The position numbers were made by a program, and so were the translations under genes. This document shows positions 47,898 through 63,742 of a stretch of DNA of 64,000 bases, piece by piece; positions within the stretch are counted from its first letter, which is position 1; the number at the start of each line of letters is the position of its first letter. Source of the DNA: Harriotta raleighana (lineage: Eukaryota); NCBI GenBank assembly GCA_050575255.1, contig JBNZDD010013370.1, positions 179,343-243,342 on the forward strand, written 5' to 3'. The notes beneath the pieces are model-generated. The model saw only the letters and a list, made by a program, of their open reading frames with translations. It ran no database searches and was not told where the DNA came from.

Positions 47898-48215
47898 AAT
47901 AATCCTTGAATTTGATATTGCGCTTTTCATGTCTTCTGGACATCTCAAAGGGCTTCACAAAATATACTGTAAAGTGAATTGACTGTGCACATTCGTGGGT
48001 GAAACGCAGCAGTCAATTGCGCACAGCAGCGTCCCCCCCACACAAACAGTCGTGGATTGAAATGACCAATTTTATTATACTTTTTTTGGGGGGGGATTAT
48101 TATTAGGTGTGTGTGTGTGTGTGGAGTAGGACACTTACCCAAGGTTTCGCCTTTGCCCTGACCTGTCAAGGATTCGAAACACAGGTCTCACACTTGTAAG
48201 GGTGAATGCTCTAAC
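47898..48215 (-). mobile_element. tRNA-derived SINE, inverted relative to 47441-47770
   Basis: Same family, minus strand. Confidence 0.85.
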
Positions 48216-48329
48216 CTGATGTGTTTACAGTCAAAGGGATTACATTATTATTATTATTACATCTTGTCATTTTGAAATAAATAATGTGTGCAATCTAATC
48301 TGAACGGTGTATAGGAAGGTATTAAATCC

Positions 48330-48506
48330 CAGGTTGAAAGAGCAACAGATAAGAGAATTCAGGTCAGAGGCAGCTGAGGACTGAGCCAATAGCTGGCCAC
48401 GTCCTCCTGACAAAGCTGCTTTTCTACTAACGAGTGACAGAGAGAGAGAGAGAGAGAGGAAATAGCAGAGATTTCGGCATCGCAGAGAGAGAGGAGGTCG
48501 GTGAGT
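48330..48506 (+). promoter_or_regulatory. Candidate LIMD2 promoter and non-coding first exon
   Basis: CCAAT at ~48386, GA-rich leader, strong donor G|gtgagt at 48500/48501, same strand as LIMD2. Confidence 0.4.
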
Positions 48507-51244
48507 GTTCATTGCTGCTTGTTTCAAAGGCGAAAACTTTCTGGCCACAAACCAGATTTGACCTGTTATATTTGAAGGAGAAGTTAGAGATAGGAAGAGA
48601 GGAGCAGGCGATAGGGATCTAACAGTAAAAACGAGAGACAGAGAGAGAGAGAGAGGGAGAGTTCACAGCAAAAAACCTCCCCACAAAGGGGCTGCTGGAT
48701 TCTGCTCTATTGTTTACAGCTGAAGTGGCTTCTCACTGACATGTGGCTCCCACCAAAGGATCCTTTTCTTCCAATATTTTAATGAAATGAAATGAAATTG
48801 TCCTTGTTGTGCTGTTGGCTTGTGGTTTGGGCTGTGGATGAGCAGATGGAGTTTGGAGGCAGTGATGGGAGAGATTCTCTCACAGACAGACTGACAGACA
48901 TTACACTGTGATTACTGGGCTGGAGTGGAACCCCCCTCTCCCTGTTTTTGTTCTAATTTATATTGTGGTCGTTGGTAATGTGTGAATAATCCCAGCAAGT
49001 GACTCCCACCCTCTGAGCTGGTCTGAAACTAGAGACACAAACAGTGAGAGAGAGAGAGACTGTGGGGGAGGCTGTGGGTTGATGATGAGACAGATACAAG
49101 GCGATGCTGTACCTTTTCTGTGACTCGCTCTCAGTCATGTTTCTGTCAGGAATGTGAGCAAACACACAACACACCCAGGGAAACAGAGGGTGTCTTCAAC
49201 TGTGTTAGAAGTAAAGTACAATGTGGGGGCAGTTAGACACCCAGGGTGAGGGGGGAGTGGGGGAAGCCAAGGTGCTCAAATTTAAATGATGCAACAATAT
49301 TCACAGATAAAATAATAAGTCACAATCCCTGGGTTGGATAAAGCCACCAGAACATCCAAAGGTTTCAATGTTGTCAAGTGGAGGGATTGTGGCCAAGACA
49401 GCAAAAAAATGGCGGAAATAATGGAGTTGTGTCATTAAACATTCCTGATCTCAAGCCTATGGTGTGTAGAGATTGTTCCAGGGTCTCCTCTCAGGCAATA
49501 TTTATCACTTGGATCTGAGGAATTGGCTTGGGTGATTGTTGTATCCAGGGGTCAGGTTGATAGACGTTTGGGAGGTCAGAGAATTGAAGAATATGGGGAG
49601 ACAGCGGGAAATTGGAATATTGAAAGGATTAGTTGAGGTACAGATCAACCCTGATCTAATTAAATGGCAGAACAGGCTGGAAGGGCTGAATGTAATTTTC
49701 CCTGTTCCAATGTGAGGTACCTCAGCTCAAGGATATTTTCATAGTTAAGTTGCAGGAAAATCCCAGAGGTTTGGAAAATTACAAATCTTTTTTTTTACCA
49801 TCAAGCTACAGAGCTCTAATAAGCTCCATAATGAGTGTGAGGCTATGATTTGAAATCATGATGAGAAATAGTAAAAGAGTTTGTCTTGAAGGGCGTACGA
49901 TAATGAGAGACGGGTGGCTGGTGTTATGTGTAGGAAGCTGTGCTTCAAAAATTATTGGATTTCTTTGAGGAAGTTACAGAGCTGCTGGATACAGGTAAAT
50001 TGGTGGATTTTATAAACAGTATTTCTATTTCAGAAAGATATTTAGCACAGTTCCATATGATATACATATTCCACATGATATAGTAAGCATGGTCCCTATT
50101 TGATAGGAAGATTATGCGGAGAGTGTTGCTATGCTGCAAATTTGTGGATAAATTGGAGTCCTATCGCTCAGTGGTTAGAGCACTTGCAAGCGAGAGATCT
50201 GGTTTCGATTCCCGGCAGGTCAGAGCGAAACCTTGGGCAAGTTTCCTTACTCCACACGCCTGATACTACAACACATGACTGTTTGTGGGAAAGCTGCTGC
50301 GTGCAATCGGTTGCCACGTTAGACCACAAATATGCAGTCAATGCACTTTACAGTATATTTTGTGACTTTATGTCTAGAAGAAATGATAAAGCACTGTATC
50401 AAATGCCAGGATTATTATTATATACAACTAACAAGCATTGGTATTGGAGCCATTGTTGTTTGTACATATTGTTTGTACCTATAGACAAATGATTTTCTAA
50501 CAGTGAAATCAAGTTAATTGAACAGCCAATAATTAAATCGTTTGGTTTATTGAAATAGAATTTAGAAATTCTAAATCATTTCCATTGTCTAATCTAGGAA
50601 TATAGACAGGTTAATTGAATACTGGGTAAACAGTAAATCTTATCTTTATAAATTATATAATCGCCTGAATCGTACATCCACTCAAGTTCCATTCCATTTC
50701 CTGTCAAAACCACCCAGATTTCTTGGCATCAGTTGTATTTATTATCTCCTAACTCCCCTCAACACCACCCACTCCCCCTTTCCCTCTCCTCCCCTTGCCT
50801 TCCCCTCCACTGTGCTCCCCTACCCTCAACTCCCCCGCCCCCCCACTGTGCCCTCACCTCGCCCTCCTCTCCCCCAATTACCCTGCCTCCCATCATCCCT
50901 GGAAGGATTCACGATCCCAAGATTGTTCCCTTAGAAATCACAGAGAGTAGTTGATGTAAAACTGTATTTTGCAATAATCTCTCAAAAAAACCCACAATAA
51001 TAAAATTGATCATTTTAATCCACGACTGTTTGGGACACTGATGTGCGCAATTGGCTGCCAGCTTTTTACAGTCAATTCAGATGTCTAGAAGACATGAAAA
51101 GCGCTATATGAATGCAAGGATTATTATCTTAAAAACAAAAGTGGCTGCAGACATTAATTTTGCTAATAAGTTGATAGGCAACAACAAAAACAAAATTACA
51201 TTTGTATACCGTCTTATAGTCGAGAGGAGTCATATACAGTATAT

Positions 51245-51995
51245 AAATCAATCAATCAAAATTTTATTTATATAGCGCCTTTCACGTCGGGAGGACGTCC
51301 CAAAGCGCTGTACAGCCAAGTAGGGGGGGGCGGGCTCAGGGAAAGGAGTAGGAAAAATTGACTGTATATTTGTGGGCGAAACGCGGCAGCCAAATTGCAC
51401 ACAGCAGTGTCCCACAAACACACACAGAAATGGGGGAAAAAAGGGGGGAATAAATGGCAAGGGGGAGAAATGGAGGGAAAAGCGGGGTGGGGTAAAATCA
51501 GGGAAGAAAGGGGGGGGAGAAAGGGGGACAAGGGGGAAATCAGGGAGGGCAAAGAGGGAGAAATGTTGGTAAGGGGGAAGAGGGAGGAAAGGGTGGGTAG
51601 GGGGCAAAACCAGGGAGAAAAGGGGGGTAAGGGGGAAGAGGGAGGAAAGGGAGAGAGGGAAGGAGAAGAATAAAAAGGGGGAAAAATCAGGGGGCAGGGG
51701 GAGTTTAAACAACAACAAACAGCATCAACAATAATAAACCAAAAAGTAAATAACAATCAACAATAATAAACAAACACAACAACAACAATAGAAAACACAA
51801 CAACAATTAACGACTGTCCAGCCACCGCTCCCTGTCTTTGCCGCCCACCCGGACCATCTCCAAAAAGGCGGGAACCAGGTCATCGATGGCACTGGCCGAT
51901 CCCCCTCTCCTCTCCACTGGGACGCTGGGTGCGCTCCCGGCCCTCCTCCTCCCGCTCCACCGCACACATCCGTCATCAGAAACCACCAGCACCTG
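51245..51995 (-). mobile_element. Retroposon with Deu-like core, polypyrimidine body and (TGAT)n tail; 3' part matches 10995-11200 (+)
   Basis: Near-identical reverse-complement match to 11000-11200. Confidence 0.65.
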
Positions 51996-54900
51996 TGTTA
52001 AAACAAGGAACTATAACAGTTTCGGAAAGCGACTGTCTACCAAAGTTTCTGTCAACTAGAAAACATTCAGCGTTTTAAAAAACACTTCAAGAGAATATAA
52101 GAGGAAATTGGATGGTAGTTCATTGGAGCAATTTCAATTCTTGCCTGAATTTAGTACCATGTAACAATATTAACTATATTAATACAGACCGAGTGTGGTG
52201 TCTGTCCATATTAATGTGTGGTGTCTGCCTTGCATGTGCCTGATTTGTATGTGTTGTGTCTCTGCCGCCGCAGTTGAAAACTGGACTTCCAGCAACAGGA
52301 CAGGAGTTTGAATCTTTGTCTTAGAAAAGTCAGAGTCAAAAACATAAATGCAGAATGTACGAGACCGAGACTAGAATAGTAAACAGCAAAGGGATTAAAG
52401 GCAGTATAACATCCAAATTGGGGGATTTTGTTGTATTTCTGACAATCTTTATATTCCATAACTGCTGGAAACTGTAGGTGATGTTCTTTAAATAAAATGA
52501 GTATTTAATTTTTCCCAATGATTTTGGACACTGCTTTTGTTTCCTATTACAGTAAAAGTCTGCCCTGACCAGAAACACAATAATCAGTATGTCGATATGC
52601 ACACATATACTTGTGAATACTGTACTTAGAAAGGCAGGGAATGATCTAGAAGTTATCCTTTAAGTTGTGCTTTAGGGAATAAAGTTAATTTAGGGGTTTG
52701 TATATATCTATACTTTTAGAAGGAATTTGATGTCTCATAAGAAACTTTGAGAAAATTAAATTAGTTATTGTTTTACAGTATAATACTATAATCCTTGCAT
52801 TTGATATAGCGCTTTTCACATCTTATCTACGTCTCAAAGCGCTTAATATATATTAGGAGGATGGCAAAAAGTAATGATTACAAGGCATTTCCTTTACTGG
52901 TTGTTAGTAGAATTCCCCACTGATCTGTTCTGTAACTTCTTAGAAATGTTTTCCATTTATAATCATGGTTTCAAAATTCAAATAGGAGGAATCATTTCTA
53001 AATTTGCTGCTGATACCGATTAGTGAGAGTGACAAACTGGGAGGATGTGAGACATTGGGAGATTGGGGCATTGGGACATTGGGAGATAGGGACATTGGGA
53101 CATTGGGAGATAGGTGGCAGATGCACATTATTGTTTTAAAAATGTGAAGTCATATATTTTTGAAAAAAGTATACAGAATGTACTTTCTAGATAATATATA
53201 TTACAAGAGTTTTGGACATTGCCTGTTTGTCTTCTTGTGTGATGTTCCAACACATACTATCAGTCTCTTTGGCAATCTTCACACTGATCTCTTCTGTGAG
53301 CTTTTTGCATTGAAATGGTTCGGTCACATGATCAGTTGTTTAAAGCAACACAAATGCAGTTATAAGACTTTGCTGTAATGGGTGTGATAGGTGCACAAGG
53401 CCTCATGATTGTTAAAACGACAGAAAATGTTGGTCTGTTTGGCAGTAAAACATGGTATGAAGAAGGAGACCGATGAGAGTTCCATCACTGCGTTGGCGAA
53501 AGTCACTTTGTACAACGTCCTGTATTCATTACCATCAACACATTCCGTTCTCTCTCCCACTGTTCCTCCATGTTTAGCGGGATGCTATCTGGTTGGGCCC
53601 TGATGTCTGTGAGAAACCACTCAACTTTCCTTGTCACAGGAAGTGCCATCGTGCACTGGGCTTTGTGGTTTCCTGCTTGCTTCTGGCGACAACTGTTTAC
53701 GATAATGAACAACACTTGAAGCAACAGGAAGCTGTGTAAAATGCAGCTCAGACTTTGCACTTGAGAAGACATCTTGAGTGTAACAAGCATTGCCAGCTGA
53801 TGTCTAAGCAGAGTTGTGCAGTTAGATTCTGTTGGCCACAGTAATAATAATAATATTCCTCATATTTGATACGGCATCTTATCAAGTCAATGAATTATCC
53901 CAAAATGCTTCACAGGATTGATTACATGTAAACTATAGTGACGGTATATCTTTGTAGGCCAGTGCAGCAGCCACTTTGCACATAACATTGTTCCACAAAC
54001 AGCCATTAAATGATTTATTTGTGGCATTGCTGGCCAGACATCAAGAAAAAATCATTATCCCTTCAACATTGTGTTTTCTTTAGTGTAATTCAGTCCAGTG
54101 TAATACAACGAGAATCAATTTTCTGAACATGAGTCCACACTCTGTAACATTTCAGCCAGGTCTTCTCAACAATTTTTTTAAAAAGGGAGATTTCCTCTTC
54201 AAACTTTTTGATCTGAATTATTGTCATTAGTTCTGTGGGTAAAACCGGCCACCGGCTCGGAGTCAGACTCCACCACCTCAGCAAAGCCATGGAATGGATG
54301 GCATTATGTATCTACAAGTTGTTGTTGTTGTTGATAGTATATGTACAACCGACTGTGTTTATTCTTTGAGAGGATCTCATTGGGGCTTATACACCAGCTT
54401 CAAAAGGGAACGGAGATCCTTTGGGAGTTTGTTTTCTGCTAAATATCAGACATTGTGTAAACTCAGTTAAATCACACTGTCTATGGAAAATTACTGTACA
54501 ATTACTGCAGCAGTTAGAGTACAAACAGTACAAATCCCCGAGCAACATAGTTGCTTCGGAATGCCGGGAATAGCTTTGAGTTGCTGCTAAATCTGCAGTG
54601 ATGGATTGCAGATAGAGAGAGAGAGACTGATTCTGAGGATCCTTGAGGGCAGATTGAAGGTAGGCAGATTGTCACTTAGCTATATACTGTATCCCAATAT
54701 ACTGCACAGAATGAATGTAACTTGCATTTATGTAATACTTTTCACATTCAATAATGTCCTTACATCTTTCTTTTCCTACACTATTATTTTTGTAAATAAT
54801 GATTGTTCTTGAGCAAAGCCGTAATAATAATCATCATCCTTGTATTTTGATAGAGTGCTTTTTACATCTACTAGATGTCTGAAAGCGCTTCACAGAATAT

Positions 54901-57484
54901 ACTGTAAAGTGAGTTTACTATGTACTGTGGGTGACAGTACGTTTGTGTTCAGCAGTGTCCCACAGTCTTTTATTGAGAGGACCAATTTTTAAAAAATTTT
55001 GGAGGGATTATTATTCGGCATGTATAGTAAGGAAATTTGCCCAAGGTTTCGCCCTGACCTGCCTGGATTTGAAGACAGGTTTCACGCTTGTAAGATGAGG
55101 GCTCTAACCACTGAGCTACACATTGGTCAGTACTAGATGGGTACAGTGGCCACATTGTCTAATGTAGAAGATTATTGTTGATATTAAATGTGAACAAAGG
55201 GCGAAAAAACAGAAAACAGGAGCTGATCGAAGTGTAATGTGATGAACAGGAAGTTGGTCGAATATCTGATGAAAGAATATCACAAAATGAAAACCAGAAA
55301 CGGATATGAGATGTAGAAATTCATGCTTGATGCAAAATTGTTTTCGTGACTGTTTTATTACCTTATTTGGTAGTCACTGCCCACGCAAGCTCTACTGCAA
55401 TTTTTTCAGTTGTAATTCTTGAATTTCATCTAGTGCCCTATCATCATCAAAATATCTCAAAGAGCTTCACAGGGCTTATTGCAGAGGACAGCGAATGTAA
55501 TAATAATATTTCTTGCACTTGATATAACACCTTATTGGGTCTTTGAGATGTCTCAAAACACTTTACTGAATATATTGTAAATTGAATTGACTGTATATAT
55601 TGGGGGCGAAATGTGGCAGCCAATTGTGGAGTTGTGGATTGAGTGTTTTTTGTATGTATTTTTTAAGGAATTATTAACCTCGGAAGAGTGATCCGTCAAT
55701 CAACTAACAACTGGGTATGTATGTACTGTATGTATGTAAGTAACAGTTTAGAATGTAGCAACTACTTTGTACACAGCAGTGTTTTTATTTTATCTGGGAA
55801 ATTGTAACCAGGTCACGGAGAGAAACTCCCTTCTCTTTGCAAATATAGCTATGGAACGACGTCCTGATGGGAAGATGGAATCCCAGTTTAGTAGCTCATT
55901 CAAGGGATGGCATCTCTAAAAATGCAGAAAACCTTAGAGTGTCATCCAAGGCAAAAGTCCTGCTTATGTTCTTGAGGAATAAACGTAGGAGCAATTGATG
56001 CTCGGTCTCATTGCCTCATAGGGACCCGACCCTTGAATCCAATGTCTCAGAGTATGTCTAAGAAACTGGGAAGGAGATTACTTGTCATTGAGAAGAGATC
56101 ACACTTTAAGATGATAAGTGTTATGTTTTACATTGCTTGCCAGTGCTAATTAATTCCATGTTTGGTCTCTGCTCCTGTTTGCAGAATTAACACGAGAAGG
56201 GATGTGTCGTATAGTTATTTAATCTGTTCAGAATCCAAAAGAAGGAAGGAATTACTGTTGTAAACTGTGGAACTGAGGCAATATGAAAGTTACTGCTACT
56301 CTGCAGTCTCGACAGTCTGTTACCAGCTCAGCTGATCTTGCAATAAGATTGAAATGCTGACAAAATGATCCTTGCTCAGGCTGTGGCATTAGTTTGAGGG
56401 TGATACATTACAGCTCTAAAATAAATTATAACAAGAAAACACTTGTTCAGGAAGAGATTAGCTCATTCTTATTAATCTGCAATTAATGGAGTCAAACAGA
56501 GATTCAAGGCTTCATGCAGTCAATGATTTCTCCCTGAGTGTTTAGAGATGACCAGAGTTGGAATGAATGGATAAATGAGAGACTGGAATAGCTGACAATG
56601 AATTATACAATGTTCACAGCTGTACTCAGCCCCATAACAAGCTTTCCACTGTCTACAAAGTTGTTGTCTATAATTTTACTTTTGTTTTTGTAATCTGTTA
56701 CGTCTTTTATTTTAATATTTCTTACAGAGGAAGAAACGTCTTTTTCAGGAAAACTGAATTTTTCCACAACTTATCAACTCTTACCTCAACTGTATTTCAG
56801 GACAGTAGCAAAATCATGGTATATAGCCTGCGTTGCAGTAAATGTCTAAGTGTATCTGTCCTGTGTTATAGCAGATTTCACTGGCTGTCCAGCAGATTGA
56901 CTTTGAAAACTGACTTTCAAATGCTTTCACACTTTCTCGAACCTCCCTCTGTGATCGCTTGTTGTCTTGCTGCTCTTTTCTGCTCGGACCTGTTCTACAT
57001 GTACCTCAGACCTGCTCCACCAATGTTGTCCCCAAAATAATAGGGCTTTGCTGTTGATTGTTTGCATTTGGCAAATTATTTTCAGCTTTTTAATTTCAAA
57101 ACATTATCATAGTGTATCTGTCCTATGTTGCAATGGTTGTCTGATAGTCTGTCGTGTTCTAGTGAATCTCTGAGTGTCCTTCCTAACAGACGGTACATTT
57201 TAGAGAAAATTGTGTTACTTTGAGACACTTTGACGTGATAAAACACTGTACCAGATGTAAAGATTATTAAGTATTCCATTAATTTTCCTACACTTAACTG
57301 GAGGTTTAATTGAAATTTGATAGTTCTTGTCTAGATACTTTTGTAAAGATGGAAGTCCAGGTCATCATTCTCTAAATTTAATGTTTCTCACAACTTCCTT
57401 TCCCAACTGTGCTGCTTTTACCCTCTACTCTATCTGCCACTTGTTTCAGGGATCAAGTTATTTTTCAGCCAGCAAGTTAACTAA

Positions 57485-58521
<1,037 letters not shown>

Positions 58522-61500
58522 GGTGCGGCCGCTGAGGAGTCGGGACCTTCACAACCGGGTCTGGTCTCGCTTTCAACTCAGCACCACCACCAACGTCTTT
58601 AACTCTTCTCATCTGATCACTTTTGACGAAAATATAGGTTAAGGACTTATTGGTAACACCAGAACACCAATCAACCATGACAACTGTGTTCCCCCCCCCC
58701 CCCCACCCCGTGGCCACATTGAGTAAATGCATGTTGAAATTTATTAACCATGAAATTGCATTGCTTGGCTAAACACATTTTATTATTGAATAAACATAAA
58801 GACTAAAAGCATATGACAGAAGTTGTGGTGTAGTAGTAATCCATCACCACAATGAACAGACATCCCCAGAGTCTGGCATACTTGATAGATATTTGTTAGG
58901 TAAAGATACCAAGAGATATGGAGAAAATGTGAGTTAGTGGAGTTGATCAGCCATGATCTAATAGAATGCTGGAATAGACTTGGAAAGGTTAAAAAGCTAC
59001 TGTTCCTTTGACATGGCATTTTCTGGATGTGTTCAGGATGTGCCTGAAACTCTCCCAATTCAGGAATTGAACTCAATGAATTAATCTTCTTTGGCTTGTG
59101 CAAAGAGAGAACCTAACCAGGTGCCCCCTGTACACAATATTGAGCTCTGGCCCCCATTACAGACCACACCAAATCCTGTTCAATTATTGGTTGAATATTT
59201 AAAACACAGTATTTGAATTTCTTTAATTTTCTTTTTCATTTCATGCAATTACTTGTGGATTTTGTTGAAAGCTTGATTGAGTATTCTGCAATGTTCAGGA
59301 TTTTACTTGTATTTGATGTTACCAATATAAACTTGATGAATTTTGTGAGCACCTCATATCCGCGAACCATCAACAGATGCATTTTTTAAAATTGAAATGG
59401 TGCCTCGCCAACAGTTTGAATATTAAAAAGAATATTTTGGTACTAGGTAGTTTGAATATACGTGTATCTATGCATTTTATATATGGCACATATTCACTGA
59501 ACAAATGGTTCTTGTTTTATTTTAAGAATTGGTACCTCACAATACTAATCTTTTGTAAAATTACATTTCATTTTTTCATATTCAAAAATAAAATATGAAA
59601 CTACACTGTACTAGCAAACGATTTGCCATTCCCTCCATTCTGCTGATCTGAAACTGAACCAAATTTGAGACTGGTCTGAACCAATAAGTTTACCCCCAAT
59701 CCCTACACCCACCACCCCAACTCATGTGCAGTAAATTGTTCTGTAAATGAGGCTAAGGAAAGTAGTTCATGCATCTTCACTTTGTACTTTACCTACCTGT
59801 TAGGAAAGCACCTCACTCAAACTAGAGGAAATGCGTTTAAAATTCTTTTTTCTCCCAGATTGGTATGAATGTGAGTTCTATCTGGAGGAAGGAGATCATC
59901 TGGATACACAAATAGACTCCCCATAGCAACAATACTGCTAAATTAAGTAAAATACTTCAAAGATTATATAAAGTAAAATATACCAGAGAGTGGAGCTCAA
60001 AACCAGTGATCGTTCATTCTTACAATTAAATGAGATCCAAAGGTCACACACAAAACAATTAAATAAATTAATTATATTTTCTTTTGAAATGTAATATTTC
60101 AAATTGATGTTTTTTTTAATTTTCATAGACAAAGGTATTCCAGATGGTAATTGGCATTTTAAAATGGTAACAACAACGAAAATTACATTTGTATAGTGCC
60201 TTCCAAGGTACAGGGATAGTAATCTGCAAATGAAAGTTCACATTTCAGGACTAATGATCCTGAAATTTAGTGGAAGATTAGTCTGTTTACATAAGGCCAA
60301 TGCGTCAGCATGAAGTGTGTTATGTAAATTTAAATTGTTGTTTAATTTGTTTGTGGTACTTAATTCTTGGTGCCAAACGTTTCTTCCCTTATAAAGAAAT
60401 TTGAGTCGTCATAGGTGCAGTAGAATTCCCACATTAGCAGTTTGCAACAGAATATGTTTGATATAAATGTGCTGAAATAATGGTATTCTCACAAATATAA
60501 TATTGCATACAGTATTTGAATTATAGGATTGTCAGAAATAGACTGGTCATTGTGTGTGTACAGTATTACCATCCGTATAAATTATATAATACAATGCAAA
60601 ATTACATTTTCATAGCACCTTTTCCATTGGGAGGACGTCCCAAGACATTGGAATCCTAAACATCATTATGTCTTGCTCCTTTTTACGATTTGGTACTTTT
60701 GCTAGTTTATATGCGAGCAGCATGGAACACTGTTATAAACCTTCTGCCCTGATTCCAGATTCACGTGAAAAACTGTCCCTTTTTGAACTACTGGAGGATC
60801 GAGCTCTGCACAACTGTTTGAATGATTCATTCCTGAGAGAAATGCTCAGGGGAGAAAAATAATATTTTTTAGGTCATCCCAGATCACAGTTAAATAGCTG
60901 CTTTACTCATGGCCAGGGACAAAGATGGGAAAATTATACTGTACATTGCACATTTTGGACTTTAACTTGACACTCTTAGCAGAACCAAAACATACACATT
61001 TCCTGGCTTATTGGGAAATTCCGTTGCAAATGTGGATGCAAATTGTGGATATGGTGTGCAAAATGGAGAGATTGTGTGCAAAGTGGGGAGATTGTGTGCA
61101 TCGCACATTTGAGTGTGAGATTGTTTATATTGCACATTACAATACTTCACAGAATAGCTTCCCAGCCTAGAATTTGATAAATAAACATGCTGTGAATTAA
61201 TTTGTTATCTCAGCATATACCTACTGGTTATTGTTCTTGCAGACATTAGGTTATTGTATTTAAGAGTTCTGAATATGTACCCAGGTCTAATGTGTTTGTA
61301 CCTTTTTTACTGTTTGTATTTCTCTTACAGTATGTATGATTGTTAAAAGTGCAGCTTTTCAACAATGATTACATTCTGCTTTACAGGTGTGACTAAGTTT
61401 TGACTGATTAAAATATGTATTGTGTAACTTTTCTGCAAAACTATGCTGTTTCATGGTGCAGAGAACACTCCCCCTTTTCCTTTGATTTGCTGTGAAATTA

Positions 61501-62299
61501 AGTTGAGCTCAGAAAGCAGATGGTTTTTTGGATGAAGTAGAGATTTAAATATTAAAATGTGTAGGAATTTGAGCAGGTGAGTCGGATTATGCCGTCTGAT
61601 GTGAAAATAAGTGGCAATACACATTTGATAGTCTATCAAACCCCAATGTAAAACATGTGGCTCTCAGATTCCCCAATGTAAAATATTTCTGAAACAATGA
61701 AGAACTCACAAGATCACGCACAGGTAAGGTATTGAATGGAGGTTAACATGTTTATGTTTAGAAATTCATAATGTATCGATAAGGAATTACATGGATGTGA
61801 TCTTTGCTGTCTACCCGACCGAATTTGCCACGATAGCAATGTCTAGGAGGACCTCTGGATCACGGCATTCAGATGCTGATGAGAATTCTTGCATTTGGTA
61901 TAAGAGCCAAGATGTCAAGATGTCCCAAAGCTCTTCACAGGCTATATTGTAAAGATTGTGTAAAGTGTACATATTTAAAAAGTACCATGTAAAGTGCCTC
62001 CGCTTCTCCCTTGGCCCCTCCGCTCCAGCATTGCTCCTGCTATCAGTTACTGCATCCCAACACCTGGGAGCTCTCCCTCAATCTGTCTGGGTCCCCTTAT
62101 TACAATTCCTCCAACAGAATTTATGGTCACGTCTTCCCTCACCCCAGGATTTTCAAGCGCTGCACGGAGAGACATTGCTCCACGGGAAGGCTGTGTAAAT
62201 GCCTACGGTTGCTCTTGAGATTCTACCCTCTCTGGAGGGCGCAATGTGAGTGTAAATTGCTGTGAGTATTGTTAATCCTGTACAGAACCAAATGGAGTT

Positions 62300-63732
62300 A
62301 CGTAGAGAATTTAAGATCTTAGTCCTCACATTCAAAGCCCTCCAGGGCATCGTCACCCCCATCCCACTTTACCTCTGTGATCTCCTAACCCCCTTCCAAC
62401 CTGCCTGTCCCCTCTACTCAGCAGGATCTGGCCAGCTCCACGTCCCCGTCCCAATATTAGCAGGCGAGCCTTCAGCCGCTCTGCCCCCAACCTCAGGAAT
62501 TCTATCCCGCAGTTCCTCTGCCTCGGCCCCTGCCTGACCTCCTTCAGGTCCCACCTCAAGATCCTCCACTTCAACCGAGCCATCGATCACCCCCTTCCTC
62601 CCTCCACCCCACCCGATCCTGACCCCAGCTTGTGTCTGAAACACACACCTACTGATGTAGGATGATGCCGCCCCACTGATCCCTTGCTCTCGGCTCCCTG
62701 CGTGCGCATTTTGGCTGCCGCCCCGACCCGAGCCTCCCCCACCTTCCCAAATGTCTGCCCTCCCAATCCCCTCTATCTGCTACTCCCAACCTGTCCTTCT
62801 CTCTCACTTTCCCCCCGCCCTACCCCTCTCCACCCCCTCTCTGCAACTCTCCCGCTCTGCCCTGCTCTCTCTCCGCCCTCCCTGCCTTCTATCCCCACTC
62901 GACCCCCCTACAGCCTCCCTCTGCTCCAGCCTGGGAATCCTTCGCCGGGCTCACCGTGGCACTCGGCGTTGGCTGTCCAGCAGCAGCCACACTGACTGCC
63001 CCATGCCACACCACTGCCGCAAGCCACACCGGCCACAGACCCGGGGGGCTAACCTCTCCTCCCTTATCCCCATCCCCAGTACCCTAGTTGCCCAATCCGG
63101 TCCCTCCTCCCTCCCCTCACATCCCTCTGCCAATTGTTCCCTCCACATTGGACTCCAAAATGTCCGCTCCCTCTGCAATAAGGCCCTGGTCATGACGTTA
63201 ACGGAAACCTGGCTTACCCCAGGTGACACCCTCCCCCTCACGGAGGCCACAACACCCGGCTACATCGCCCACTACATCCCTCACCCCAACTGCCGTGGCG
63301 GTGGTGTAGCCCTTATCTCAAGGACACCACTTGTCCTATCCCCCTACTCCTCCGGCTCCTTCCCGTCTTTTGAGCACCTCATCCTCTCCCACCCCTCCCA
63401 TCTCTCACTCAAAATCCTCCTCCTCTACCGGCCCCCTAAAACCTCTCCCACCTTCATCTCTGACATTTCTACCCTCCTAACATCTCTCTGCCTCTGCACT
63501 GATCGCCTCAGCATCCTGGGCGACTTCAACCTGCACTTCACCCCCTCCTGCTCCACCTCCTCTGACTTTTCCTCCCTCCTCTCCTCTCCTCGCTCAACCT
63601 CTCCCTCCACATCAACTCCGCCACTCATGTCCACGGCCACCCACTCGATCTGGTGATCACCCGGGGCCTCAATGTCTCGGATGTCACCATTACCGACAAG
63701 GCTGTCTCTGACCATCACTTCATCTCCATCAC
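62300..63732 (+). mobile_element. L2-clade LINE sequence: a 3' RT-end fragment followed by a degenerate APE endonuclease region
   Basis: QNVRSL, LTETWL, RGGGVALI, LYRPP, LGDFN, LDLVIT, SDH motifs with a frameshift. Confidence 0.85.
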
Positions 63733-63742
63733 NNNNNNNNNN

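Noticed and set aside
51248-51756. Pro/Phe-rich and Gly/Lys-rich ORFs
   Set aside because: They are translations of a polypurine/polypyrimidine tract within a retroposon.
53445-53501. Candidate LIMD2 N-terminal exon (MKKETDESSITALAK); also 56801-56818 (DSSKIM)
   Set aside because: Weak donors and no convincing similarity to the LIMD2 N-terminus; cannot choose without transcript data.
62751-63656. 301-aa ORF as a host gene
   Set aside because: Its motifs identify a frameshifted LINE APE endonuclease.
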